Positions 12,936 through 25,772 of a DNA stretch of 64,000 nt are shown here, piece after piece. Source of the stretch: Carcharhinus amblyrhynchos (Eukaryota); contig OZ336893.1 of the NCBI GenBank assembly GCA_965287045.1, positions 3,286,001-3,350,000 on the forward strand, written 5' to 3'. The stretch's first letter is position 1, and every line of letters begins with the position of its first letter. Under the pieces are notes generated by a model, which saw only the letters and a list, made by a program, of their open reading frames with translations, was not told where the DNA came from and searched no databases. The position numbers and the translations under genes were made by a program.

Positions 12936-14058
12936 TTAGTTTAGCTTAATGTTATAACCTTTAAACTCAAAGGGTTAGATTTCCATCTTCCAAAGATGAT
13001 GTAAATCATGTAGTGTAACACTGAACTTGTTTTCTTACTGCAAAACAATTTTTCTTTGCCTCCCAATCCTATGCCAATTTTGCAGTACCTTTTTTTGTGG
13101 GTTGGGAAAGCCTTGGGTGCAAAACACCCATGCAACTCTTCTGAGTTCATGGTCCACATTGTGAGAACTACTGGAATTTGTTTTCTTCTTGTGCTGTATT
13201 TTCACATGCTGGTGTGAGTTTTGGAAGCTCTAAAAAATTTAGCTTGGAGGAGTCAGTGACCACTGGACAAGGTCTGATGGGCAGTCAGCAACATTCAGCA
13301 TTTAAAATAATTCCCACTGATTTGAATTGCTCCTGAGGGCTGTAATAGTGGATACCAGGTGAATGTCTATAGAACATATATGGGGATATGATGGCATGGG
13401 AGTCTCTGTGGTCATGGAAGGGGTATGGTGTCGTGTGCTGGTTGAGGAGACATAGGGAATTTAAGGTGGTGGTGCAGTGGTATACAGTTGAGAGAAAACT
13501 GCCCTGGGGGCCCTCAACATGGACTCAGGATCCCATAAAGTCTCATGGCATCAGATCAAACAGGAGCAAGGAAACCTCCTGCTGATTATCATGGAGCAGG
13601 AAAGAGGAGGAGCAAGTGGGTAACTAGGTAACTGAGAGATAGGCTGGAGGGAAAGAGATCCGGAGGTGTCCAGAAGCAAACATCGAGTTAACTTATATCA
13701 TGGCTGTTTGTATATACATGATTATGTATTAGCAATAAACAGTTAATGTTCACCATTAGAGACTAAGAACGTCACCATGATGTCTACTGAACATACATGT
13801 CAGATGTTAAATCATAGGTACTTTGAAATAAAACTTGCCATTATGTTTCATAGACTCAACAGATGTTCATAAGGGACTTTAGCTGGACCTGTTTTTGACA
13901 TCATCTGAAACTCTTCTCTGAGTTGTGAATTTCTGATCATGTGATACTGAATTTCACTTCTCTGTTCTGTGCAGTCTCAGAACACTTCAGGATGTTATTG
14001 CCAAACAAGTGGTAACATCATTATTTTACTAATTGTGGTTAATTATGATAGTTCATAC

Positions 14059-14094
14059 CTCAAAATCAAGATCGGAGTACCTCAATCTTTTCCT
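14059..14094 (-). CDS. ADGRB2: ADGRB2 36-nt coding microexon
   Basis: tttcacag|AGG AAA AGA TTG AGG TAC TCC GAT CTT GAT TTT GAG|gtatga = RKRLRYSDLDFE, phase 0-0. Confidence 0.95.
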
Positions 14095-15779
14095 CTGTGA
14101 AAGTAATAAACAAATGAAATTAGTTAACACAAAAGAATTTATAAAGGTATTTCTGAATTTATTAATTACACTCTCCCTCCCATGAAGTCTCCTCAGGTTT
14201 CCTTGCATAATGCATAAATTCCAAGACAGCACACAGACAATCCATGACACTGGGATATGAATAGGTGCATAGGCCTGAAACCTTTTCAGCACCTGCTCCT
14301 GATGGCAGAGGTAAGGTCGAGAAGCTTAATATACAACAGAGCAATAGTGTGCATCACAAGGTTTTAGAAGTGTTGAATTCAGTTATACATTTTGCCTGCT
14401 TTCTCCTTGCTTTATAATGAATGGACTTCCTCATTAGATTTGTTTGCAACAGCCTTCTGAAGAATATGTCTCAGCTCATCACAACAAATTCACCTGGTGA
14501 TATTTTAAGCTGTGTCACCTGCAGCACAGCAGAAACTGTCTCAAGGGGAAGAATACAATGCAGTGGATGCTGTCTCACAGCTGTATAGAATCTATGGTGA
14601 AACTTGGGTTGGGGGGGCTAAAGGAAATAAAATCAACTGGAACAACTAAAGTTTATTTAATGCAATATGCATATTAGACAACAAATTAGCTGGGTATAGT
14701 GAAGCAATTATGTTGTAGGAAGACCTGTAACAATGCTAATCTTACCATGTTCCTCCCTTTAACTGAACACATCCAGGAACTCACTTCCTAACCACCTGCC
14801 ATTTTTCAGACTTTCTCCATTCTATCCCCAGTTTCTGGAGTTTTGCCTTTCCCACTTGAAAAGCACAAGTAGGAAACAGAAAACTCAAGAGCAGGAAGAG
14901 GAGAAACACAGAGAGAAGGAAGCAACAGTGAAGGATGGAAGAAATAAAGATGGAGAAAGAAAGAGAAAAACAGGCATAGAGAGAAGAGCAAAATATTGGC
15001 AATGTGGTTGCCACAAAAGATATGACTGATTTTCTGTTAGTGTTTCCTGTGATATATGTGACATTCTGACCATCACTAATCGATACTTTAACAAGACTTT
15101 AGCATGACACAATTGTACTTCTCCTGTACTATACTTGCTATAATGACTGTAACAATTGGAGTTGTCAGTTCTCCAAACAAACATTTGTGTTAATTAATAT
15201 TTGATTATTCAGATGGAATATGTTATATCTGAATGAAGTTCCATATTGTTATTGTCATTAGCTTTTCTCATATTACCTCCCGGGAAGCATACTAATCGAC
15301 TGGTGCAAAGGCAAGTGACAGAGGTTGAGGGGGACACTGAACAACGTTTGATTTTGGAACATTCTTCGATCTATTGATTGGTGATTGTTCCTAGGTGATT
15401 GCTAATTCTTCCCTTAAGTGGCCGCTCTTCATTTGTCTGGCTATATGTGCTGAAAGGTTTATTTGGTAGCGTTTTTATGTTATCATAAAATAGCCTGATA
15501 CTTTTGATAATAGACATTGAGGCAATCTAATTTTCCAGAACAGATCAATGAACCGCGAGCTGGAATGCAAACCCTGAGTTTTTTTCCCACTTTATATCAG
15601 GAACACTGAGGCTAATTGCAGCATCCTCGCTGATACCAAGATCAGCTATTGCAGCTACAAATTTCAACTTTTACCGACCTGCATAACATGACGTTGCACA
15701 TGCCAGCTTCTTAACCATGGAGGGACAGAACGATCAATAGTCTTAAATATTCCCTAACAGTGAATTTCATTTATGAAAA

Positions 15780-16100
15780 AGCACTTCAGAGGAGTGAATC
15801 AGGGGAAAATTGATAGTGAGGAAAGATAACTAAAAACTGGGTCAAAGGTTTCAAGCAATATCTAAAAGGAAGAAAGCTGAGGAGGGAAATAGGTTTGGAA
15901 ATGGAGTTCCAGGGTTTAGGGCCTACACTGCTGATGACACTGCCATTAATTGTGGAGAAAAAGAAGTGGGGGATCCACGAGGGGCAAAATTTAGAGGAGC
16001 ACATAGATCTTGAAGAATTGTGGGGCTGCAGGTGGTTACTAAGATAAGGAGCTAAGACCATGAAGGGATGTGAATATGAGGGATTAACTATTATTGTGAG
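15780..16100 (-). mobile_element. L2 LINE 3' fragment
   Basis: APYLSNHLQPHNSSRSMCSS...GPKPWNS resembles the L2 ORF2 C-terminus; related copy at 17440-17760. Confidence 0.6.
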
Positions 16101-17070
16101 GGTCCCCTAACCAGTAGGATTGACGTGGTAAAGGAGAAGGAGTACCGGCAACTTCTCCGGGCAATGAGGAATGGACAATAAATATGGCCTTACCAACGTC
16201 AGCCACATCCCAAGAACAAACAAAAAGTCACACACACTCTGCAGCTGTGAACTGCTCAAGTTGAGAATGAGAGATTGGATCGGCTGACGTGCCCTGCCCT
16301 CTCCACCCACCCCATCCCCATGATCGCCAGCCTCCCGATTGCTGGCCCCAACTTCTGATGGAGGCCTTGGCCTATGATTGCCCCACCCCCCCATGCAGTG
16401 TTCCCCATTCCCATTTGGCTCCGCCCCTTCTGATACCCCTCCCCTAAGACCCCACAACCAAGGTAGGCAGTTCCAGGATGCACAGCCCAAGGGGCACAGC
16501 TCCTCCTGGAGGGCCTCAATGGCCTCTGGTCCCACCAGCGAGGTCATCACACCTGGTCTCCTGTTGTTGGGTAGCATATCTGATCCCTACTGGTAGGGGT
16601 TGGAAACAGAAATGAGCCTGGATGGTAATGTCTTGGGCTCACTGAATAGATTTAAATGAAGCAATGAATATTGTAACCAGCCTCATGCTGTTCCATGGCA
16701 CGATTATGTCAGAAAAAAGAGCCCAGGTCAACGGCCAGAAACAATTCCTATTTTTGGCCTCCTGCTTAAATTTCCTGCCCCACTATGCTACTCAACCGGC
16801 GTAGTGGGATGAGAAAATCTTGTCCACAGTCTCCTGAGTCACCAGCAGTTGCTGAACTGAGGCAACAATTTTAGGCAAAGTTGAAAACTATCTCAACAGT
16901 ACTGGAGACAGCACTTTGCCTGAAGATCACTGCAGAATATTTCAGTCTACCTGGATCATGGAAGGACGGGCTTATCCTTACAGCTGGCACTGCCTTTCTG
17001 GTTCAAGCAAGCTATGTCATGAAAAATGGAAAATGGTTTGTGCTTCAAATAGTTTAGAGGAGAGACCAAG

Positions 17071-17253
17071 GGTGGGATTTTCAGCTCAACTGGCCACCTG
17101 TTTTGCATCAGCAGCCCAGCGTGAAGTTCTCGATCCACAGTTGCCAATGGGGTTTCCTGCTTAATCATCACACTGCAGGGAAACCCATACTGGTGGTGCG
17201 CTGTCAGCTACATTGGAAGATCCTGCTGAAAAGATGGCTGGGAAATTCTGGCC
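17071..17253. mobile_element. Small Harbinger-type MITE
   Basis: Ends ggtgggattttc ... gaaattctggcc form imperfect TIRs shared with other short elements in the window. Confidence 0.5.
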
Positions 17254-17439
17254 AAAGTAATTGAATCCTGGTAAAATGGTGAGAGTGAAGATCAGAACTA
17301 AAGGTCACTGCACTCAAATGGACTCAATAAATTCATGTAATTCATCATTAGATCTCAGGGTAAGCACACCTGAGAAACACAACACTAGAATAAGGTATTT
17401 CCAATCAACAAAAACATTGAATTTATATAACACATGTAG

Positions 17440-18000
17440 CAGTGAAATTCCCAAGGTGTAATGTGCCAAAAATCTATCACAAAGAGAAGTTAGGACAGGT
17501 GACAGAAAGAATGGTCAAAAAGGTAGGTTTTAAGAAACAGCTTGAAAGAGGAGAATGAGATAAAGAAGCAGAGAAATATTATGATTCCAGAGTTTAAGAC
17601 TTTGGGAGCTGAAGACATGATCACAAATAGTGGGAAAATTGGGAGTGCCATGAAACCAAATTGCAGGTGGTCATAGATCCATATGGGTGGTTGGGCTGAA
17701 AGCATTTATTTACAGAGACAGGGAGAGCTGAGGCAATGGAGGGATTTAAAAACAAGGATCATTCCCACTCCAAGAAGGATAAAGAATGATGGGCACAGAT
17801 TTAAAGTAATTAGTAAAAGAACCAAACATGATATGAAGAAAAGCTTTTTCTCACAGTGAGTAATTCGACCTAGAATGCAGTGTTTAAGAGTGCAGTGGAG
17901 TAAGTTCAACTGAACCATTCAAAAGGGAATTAGACTATTACCTGAAATGAAGAATATGCAGGGTTATGGGCAGAAGATTGGTGATTGCTCATTTGAATTG
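17440..18000. mobile_element. Old L2 (minus) and CR1 (plus) 3' fragments
   Basis: SFKLFLKTYLFDHSF (L2 end) followed by gggcacagatttaaagta...tttttctcacagtgagt (CR1 end). Confidence 0.55.
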
Positions 18001-18369
18001 CAGTAACTAAACAAAAATCCAGTTGGGGTGGGATGGTTGGTGGGGAAGTAGGACATCACTGGTAGGAAAACATTAAGGATCTGCTGTAAATAAGAGGCAA
18101 GGAACTGAGAACAAATTTTACAGTGAGGCTATATACAGAGGAAGGGCAGCAGGTTATTTGGACTCTGCATAATATGTTTCTTAAAGGGCTTGTTACATAA
18201 ACGACACACAATAGGCTGAATAAATGAAGAAATGTCATTAAGTGCTAGTTGAACTTGGCCATTTGACTCTTGAAGATCTAACTGTGGGGATCCAAAAGTG
18301 ATGGCAAATACCACTTACTCCAATTTACTATGAAAGTCACAGAAGTATTTGGTTTTGTGGGTATATGAG

Positions 18370-20072
18370 ATCCCAGTTTCGAGGAGGGGCTGATTGTGGA
18401 CAAGTCCCCAGGACCGGATGGAATGCATCCGAGGGTTCTGAAAGAAATGGCGGAGGTTATAGTGGATGCCTTGGTGGTTATTAGTCCCCAGGACCGGATG
18501 GAATGCATCCGAGGGTTCTGAAAGAAATGGCGGAGGTTATAGTGGATGCCTTGGTGGTTATTTTCCAGACGTCGCTGGATTCCGGGGAAGTGCCGGAAGA
18601 TTGGAAAACGGCTAATGTTACGCCGTTGTTTAAGAAGGGTGCCAGGCAAAAGGCGGGGAATTATAGGCCGGTTAGTTTAACGTCTGTGGTAGGTAAAATG
18701 TTAGAATCCGTCATTAAGGAGGAAATTGCGAGGCATCTTGAAGGGAATTGCTTGATAGGGCAGACGCAACACGGTTTCATTAAAGGGAAGTCGTGTCTGA
18801 CAAATTTACTGGAGTTCTATGAGGATGTGTCTAGGGCAGTGGATAGAGGAGAGCCGGTGGATGTGGTCTTTCTGGATTTTCAGAAGGCGTTTGACAAGGT
18901 ACCTCACAAGAGGTTATTGCAGAAGGTCAGGGGACATGGAGTTGGGGGTAGGGTGTTAGCGTGGATAGAGGATTGGTTGTCAAATAGGAGGCAGAGAGTG
19001 GGGGTCAATGGGTGCTATTCGGATTGGCGGTTGGTGACTAGTGGGGTGCCCCAGGGGTAGGTGCTGGGGCCTCAGCTATTTACCATTTATATAGATGATC
19101 TGGAGGAGGGAACCGAGTGCAGGGTGTCGAAATTTGCTGATGACACCAAGATTGGGGGAAAGGCAAATTGTGCGGAGGGTGTGGAGAGTCTGCAGAAGGA
19201 TCTAGATAGGCTGGGCGAATGGGCCAGGAAATGGCAAATGGAATTTAATGTTGGCAAGTGTGAGGTGGTCCACTTTGGTAGGAAGAATGGTAGGAAGGAC
19301 TATTACTTACGTGGCGAAAAACTGCAGCAGGCAACGGTGCAGAGGGACCTCGGGGTCCTTGTGCATGAGTCGCAAAAACCCAGCTTGCAGGTGCAGCAGG
19401 TGGTCAGGAAGGCGAATGGGATGCTGGCCTTCATAGCGAGGGGGATTGAATATAAAAGTAGGGAGGTCTTGCTGCAGCTGTATAGGGCATTGGTGAGGCC
19501 GCAGCTGGAGTACTGTGTGCAGTTTTGGGCGCCGCACCTGCGCAAGGATATTTTGGCCCTGGAGGGAGTGCAGAGGAGGTTTACTAGGCTGATACCGGAG
19601 TTGAGGGGATTGAGCTATGAGGAGAGGCTGAATAAACTAGGCTTGTACTCGTTAGAGTTTAGAAGAATGAGGGGAGATCTCATTGAGACGTATAAGATGA
19701 TGAATGGGATGGATAGGATAGAGGTGGAGAGACTCTTCCCGCTCAAAAAAGACAGTAGGACTAGGGGGCACAGCCTCAAGATAAAGGGGAGGCGGTTTAG
19801 AACGGAGTTGAGGAGGAACTTCTTCACTCAAAGGGTGGTGAATCTCTGGAATTCTCTGCCCGTTGAAGTGGCGGAGGCTGCCTCGCTAAATATTTTTAAG
19901 AAGCGGGTTGATGGGTTCTTGATAAGAGAGGGGATTAAGGGTTATGGGGAGAGGGCGGGAATGTGGAACTGAGCCACGACAGATCAGCCATGATCTTATT
20001 GAATGGCGGGGCAGGCTCGAAGGGCTAGATGGCCTACTCCTGCTCCTATTTCTTATGTTCTTATGTTCTTAT
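18370..20072 (+). mobile_element. Young CR1 LINE (family A, copy 3) with complete RT domain
   Basis: ORFs 18503-19060 and 19061-19972 are one frame broken by a single TAG (TCG in copy 1); (TTCTTATG)n tail; 80-bp tandem duplication near the 5' end. Confidence 0.96.
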
Positions 20073-20200
20073 GAATAGGATAGCACTCTCATTGCCAATG
20101 AGAGATGGACCATCATCTCAATATCAATGCCTTCTTCCTCTGTATTCTCCCTGATACATTTGAAAAATGTGACCTGATCAGCATTACCATTTTAACTTAC

Positions 20201-20865
20201 TTCTAAGGAACCTGTGGACACTGCTGAACTTGGTTTGTTGCGTGGCATGGTTCTGCTCCTGTCAGCAAGTTCTGATGCCAGAATGTGCCTCACTGAAGGG
20301 TGCTGTTTGAGGGGTACACTCCGTGGATGATTCAGAGTTCCATATGGTTGATTTATGTTAACGTTGATCTGATCGACTGCAGCAAAGTTAGGATAAACCT
20401 CTGACTCGACTGGCTGATTTTCAACAATATTGTGCCTGTTGTCATCCACATTGATATTTAACTTGCTGTCCTCTTTAATGAAAGGCTTCAAGCTGACTGT
20501 GCGTCTTGGGAGCACCATGTAGTCACCTTCCAGTGGCTGCTCCTGTGCCCGTCTCCACTTCACATCCACTGGTTTCAATGTGTTCTCTGTGCACAGATAC
20601 AGTGTTCCCCTCAACTCACTGTTGGTTTCCTTTTTGGCTGGCTGCTCATTCAGTTCATTTATACCAGACATCATGTTGCGCAGCTGATGCATAGGAGGCA
20701 ACTGAACCAAGACATTTCCTGGTGGGATGTTTCCTGGAAGGGTTGTGAAGTTCATCCCTTCATTACTTATATTCAGCTTTTCCTCTTCCTCATCATCCAG
20801 TGAAATGCGAGACAATGTTCCGGTAATTGTTGCAGGATTACAAGTGTTAACTTCTTTGAAGAGAA
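20201..20865 (-). CDS. ADGRB2: ADGRB2 large cytoplasmic-tail exon (665 nt)
   Basis: cctag|TT CTC TTC AAA...TTA GAA|gtaagt; (V)LFKEVNTCNPATITGTLSRISLDD...EGDYMVLPRRTVSL...RSRTMPR...GSLE; phase 1-0. Confidence 0.96.
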
Positions 20866-21039
20866 CTAGGGATGTAGAAACAATAAAAGAAATGTCAGCT
20901 GCTAAGAAATGCTTTACGTCTTTTTCAGTTTGTTATATTTTTAAGTTCATTCATTTAAGTTGCTTGGACCTATACTTGCTTGATTCAGTAGATGCATTTA
21001 TTCAGTTTAGAGGTCAACCATACTTCAGCAATCACACTT

Positions 21040-22168
21040 TCACCTGTGCATCAGGGTATAGGAGATTGTTAAATAAGAGCCCATGGTGTTAAGGATAAGA
21101 TCCTGGTATGGATAGAGGATTGGCTGACTGGCAGAAGGCAGAGAGAGAGGGTAAAGGAATCTTTTTCAGGATGGCAGCCAGTGGCCAGTGGTGTGCCTCA
21201 GGGATCGGTGCTGGGACCACAACTTTTCACAATATTCATTAAGGATTTGGAAGAAGGAACTGAAGGCACTGTTGCTAAGTTTATACAAAGATATATAAAG
21301 GGACAGGTAGTATTGAGGAAGCAGGAAGGCTCCAGAAGTACCTGGATAGGTTAGGAGAATGGGCAAAGAAGTGGCAGATGGAATATAATGTAGAAAAATG
21401 TAAGGTTATGTGCTTTGGAAGGAGGAATGGAGGCATAGACTATTTTCTAAATGGGAACTAAATGCTTAGGAAATAAGAAACAAAAAGGGACTTGGGAGTC
21501 ATTGTTCAAGATTCTCTTAAGGTTAACGTGCAGGTTCAGTTGGCAGTTAGGAAGGCAAATGTCGAGAGGGCTAGAATACAAGAGCAGGGATGTACTTCTG
21601 AGCTCTAAAAGGCTCTGGTCAGGCCCCATTTGGTATAGTGAGCAGTTTTAGGCCCCCTATCTAAGGAAGGATGCGCTGGCCTTGGAAAGAGTCCAGACGA
21701 GGTTCACAAGGATGGTCCCTGGAATGAAGAGTTTGTTGTACGAGGAACAGTTGAGGGTTCTGCGTCTGTACTCATTGGAATTTAGAAGAATGAGGGGACA
21801 TCTTATGGAAACTTACAGAATACTGTGAGGCCTGGATAGAATGGATGTGGAGAGGATGTTTCCACTAGTAGGAAAAATTGAACCAGAGGGCACAATCTCA
21901 GGCTAAAGGTACAATCCTTTAAAACAGAAATAAGGAGGCATTTCTTCAGACAGAGAGTGGTGAATCTGTGGGACTCTGCCACAGGAGGCTGTGGAGGCCA
22001 GGTCATGAGTGTCTTTAAGACAGATAGATAGATTTTGATTAATAAGGAGATCGGAGTTATGGGGAAAAAGGAGAATGGGGATGAGAAAAATATCAGTCAT
22101 GATTGAATGGCGGAGGAGACTCAATGGGCTGAGTGGCCTAATTCTGCTCCCATGTCTTATGGTCTTAT
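21040..22168 (+). mobile_element. Older CR1 LINE 3' portion
   Basis: Decayed [10 protein letters not shown] to C-terminus; tcttatggtcttat tail. Confidence 0.88.
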
Positions 22169-22169
22169 T

Positions 22170-22450
22170 GAAGCTTCAAGATCTTCACCAGTGATTTGAG
22201 CATATAATCGAGGCTTATATTTCAGCACAATACTGAGAAAGAACTGCAATTTAGAGATACCATATTTCAGATGAGACATCAAATCTTGGCTCCATTTACC
22301 CTCTCAGGTGTACAAAAGGAGCAGAGGATATAATCCTTCAGTCCTGGCCAACATGTATCCCTCAGCCAATATCTCTAAACCAGGTTTATTATTATTGTAG
22401 TTTGTAGGATCTTGCTATGTGTAAACTGAGCCATTGCATTTCCTACATTC
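22170..22450 (+). mobile_element. SacSINE1/Deu-domain SINE fragment
   Basis: tttcagatgagacatcaaa...ccctctcaggtg...gtcctggccaacatgtatccctcagcc. Confidence 0.65.
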
Positions 22451-22569
22451 TGGGCTGTTCTTTTCACTGAGCTGGGATGTCTGATTTTGAAGTACCTTTT
22501 CAGGTTGCGGATAGATTTCTGTTAAAACCTGCATTTGGCACTCTTGACTTGGCCAGCTACATTGCAGAG

Positions 22570-25557
22570 ATAAGTATCTTGATGTTTGTGAGGAAGTTAG
22601 ATGTGGTGGCAGTAACGGAGACGTGGTTACGTGAAGGGCAGGATTGGCAGCTGAATGTTCCTGGGTATAAGTGTTTTAGGTGTGACAGAGGAGAGTTGAA
22701 GAGCGGTGGTGGGGTGGCGTTGTTAGTAAAGGATCACATCACAGCAGTGCAGAGGGAGGACAATATGGAGGAGTTAGGGATTGAGTCGCTGTGGGTGGAG
22801 TTGAGGAATAAAAAGGGAGAGATTACGATGCTAGGGGTATACTATAGGCCACCGAACAGCCCGAGGTCAGTGGAGGAAGGTATTTGCAGAGGCATTTTAG
22901 ATAGGTGCAGAAAGAATAAGGTGGTTGTAGTGGGTGACTTTAATCTTCCTGGAGTGGATTGGAAGGTGCCTAGAGCTGGGGGTACGGAGGGAGAGGAGTT
23001 TGTAGAATGTGTGTTGGAAGGGTCCCTGGAGCAGTATGTAACTAGCCCGACTAGGGAGGGGGCTATACTGGATTTAGTGTTGGGAAATGAGCCGGGGCAG
23101 GTGGTTGAGGCTGAGGTAGGCGAACACGTGGCTAACAGTGACCACAAGTCTGTCTACTTTAGGATAAAAATGGAAAGGGATGAGTGCCGTCCGAAGGGGA
23201 GGGTGCTGAACTGGGGGAAGGCGAGCTATAGCCGGATTAGGAGGGAGCTGAAGGACACTGATTGGGAGGGGTTGTTAGCTGGCAAGTCCACGGTTGGTAA
23301 GTGGGAGGCTTTTAAGGGCAAACTGAAAATGTTGCAGGAAAGGCATGTGCCGGTAAAGAGGAAGGATGGGCAAGGCAGGATTACAGGGGGTATCGAAGAC
23401 TTGGTCAGGAAGAAGAGGGAGGCATATGTTAGGTCGAAACAACTGGGAATGGAGAGTGCGCTGGAGGAATATAGAGAAAGTAGGAGGGAGCTAAAAAGGG
23501 GAGTTAGAAGGGCGAAAAGAGGGCATGAAATGGCTTTGGCTGATAGGGTTAAGGAAAATCCAAAAGCATTTTACTCTTATATTAGGAGCAAGAGAGTGGT
23601 TAGAGGGAAAATTGGTCCTCTTCGGGACAAAGGAGGGGAGCTATGTATCGAGTCTGAGGGAATGGGGGAGATCCTGAATGAATACTTTGCGTCGGTATTC
23701 ACAAAGGAGAGGGGTTTGGTGTCGTGTAATGTCTTGGAGGGAACTGTAGATCAGTGAAAGGAAATATCCATTACGAGGGAAGAAGTGCTAAGGTTTTTAG
23801 GTAGCAAAAAAACGGATAAAGCTCCAGGGCCTGATGGTATTTATCCCAGGCTGCTTAGGGAGGTGAAAGATGAAATTGCTGGGCCTCTGACGCAAATCTT
23901 TGTCTCTTCTTTGGACACAGGTGAGGTCCCAGAAGACTGGAGGATAGCTAATGTGGTACAGCTGTTTAAAAAGGGTAGTTATAGACCAGTGAGTTTGACA
24001 TCAGTGGTAGGAAAATTATTGGAAAAAATTCTTAGGGATAGGATGTATGAGCATTTGGAGCGTTGCGATCTGATTAGGGATACGCAACATGGCTTTGTTC
24101 GGGGGAGGTCTTGCCTTACGAATCTGGTAGAATTCTTCGAGGAGGTGACAAAAACGGTTGACGATGGGTGAGCCGTTGATGTCATCTATATGGATTTCAG
24201 TAAGGCGTTTGACAAAGTCCCTCACGGTAGGCTGGTAGAAAAGGTTAAGGCACATGGGATACAAGGACAGGTAGCTAGGTGGATTGAGAACTGGCTGGGC
24301 AATAGGAGACAGAGAGTAGTTGTCGAAGGGTCCTTTTCTGGCTGGAGGTCAGTCACCAGTGGTGTGCCGCAGGGCTCAGTACTGGGACCTCTCCTCTTTG
24401 TAGTATATATAAACGACTTGGAAGAGGGCGTATGTGGTGTGATCAGCAAGTTTGCGGATGACACCAAGATGGCAGGATTGGCAGATACCGAGGAGGACTG
24501 TCAGGTGACACAGCAGGATATAGATAGGTTGGTATATTGGGCAGATAGATGGCAGATGGAATTTAATCCTGACAAATGCGAGGTGATGCATTTTGGAAGG
24601 AATAATGCAGGGAGGAGTTACGTGATAAAAGGTAGACCGATTAAGAATATAGAAATAGAGGGACCTGGGAGTGCAGGTGCACAAGTCTCTGAAGGTGTCA
24701 ATACAAGTAGAGAAGGTTGTGAAGAAAGCTTATGGAATGCTAGCCTTTATAGGAAGGGGTATAAGAGCTGCCGTCTAATGCTTCAGTTGTACAGAACATT
24801 AGTTAGACCACATTTGGAGTACTGCGTCCAGATCTGGTCACCTTACTACTGGAAGGACGTGGAGACCCTGGAGAGGGTGCAGAGGAGGTTTACCAGGATG
24901 TTGCCTGGCATGGAAGGACTGAGTTACGAGGAAACTGGGGCTCTTCTCCTTAGAAAGACGGAGATTAAGGGGGGATATGATAGAGGTGTATAAAATACTG
25001 AAGGGAATAGATAGAGTCAACAGTGGTAGGCTTTTCCCTAGATTGGGGACAATTACGAGAGGTCACGATCTAAGGGTGAGGGGGGAGAAGTATAATTTGG
25101 ATATGACAGGAAGGTTTTTCACACAGAGGGTTGTGGGGGTATGGAACGCGCTACCGAGTAGGGTGGTGGAGGCAGGCACGTTGGACTTGTTTAAGGTTTA
25201 CTTAGGTAGACACATGAGCGAAACAAGGATGGAGGGTTATAGTAGAGGGTGTTAAATAGGGTCAGAGCCTCGGGACAACACCGGAAATGTAGTATTACAT
25301 GTTAACGTTTTGTCTTTTTATTCCACAGGTGTCGGTCCACCTTGTTGTCAAACGAGGGGCATGCACATGGTGGGTCGTGCGTGGGCTGCTCTTGGAGGTT
25401 CCGGGAGTGGCCTAGCACTTCGTGTTGTTGTGTGTGCTTAATCCTGGACCAGCAGATGGGCACCACAACAGCTCAGTGACTATCACTGCTAGCCGTGCAG
25501 ATACATGGATTTGGGCCAGTGTCTGTGGGAGTTTGCGCATTCTCCCTGTGGTTGCGT

Positions 25558-25588
<31 letters not shown>

Positions 25589-25772
25589 ACACCCCAAAGA
25601 TGTGCTCTTAGGCTGATTGGTGTACCAAATTGACACTATTCTCCCCTGAACCTGGCTACATTAGGGGTTCCACTCACATACACACAGGACAGGGTAGGTG
25701 TAGGAAGATGCGGCGGCGCGGGCTCGTTGGGCCGAAGGGCCTGTTTCCCGTGCTGGGTAGTTCTTTGTTCTA
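22570..25772 (+). mobile_element. Near-full CR1 ORF2 (APE endonuclease + RT) with long V-domain-containing 3' UTR
   Basis: VAVTETWL, GVYYRPP, VVGDFN, LDLVL, SDH (endonuclease); [21 protein letters not shown] (RT); several stops and small deletions; CR1 stem-loop and ttctttgttctat tail at 25720-25772. Confidence 0.92.

Noticed and set aside
20727-21092. 121-aa plus-strand ORF and other short antisense ORFs over exons and LINEs
   Set aside because: Shadow frames of real coding or LINE sequence with no independent homology.
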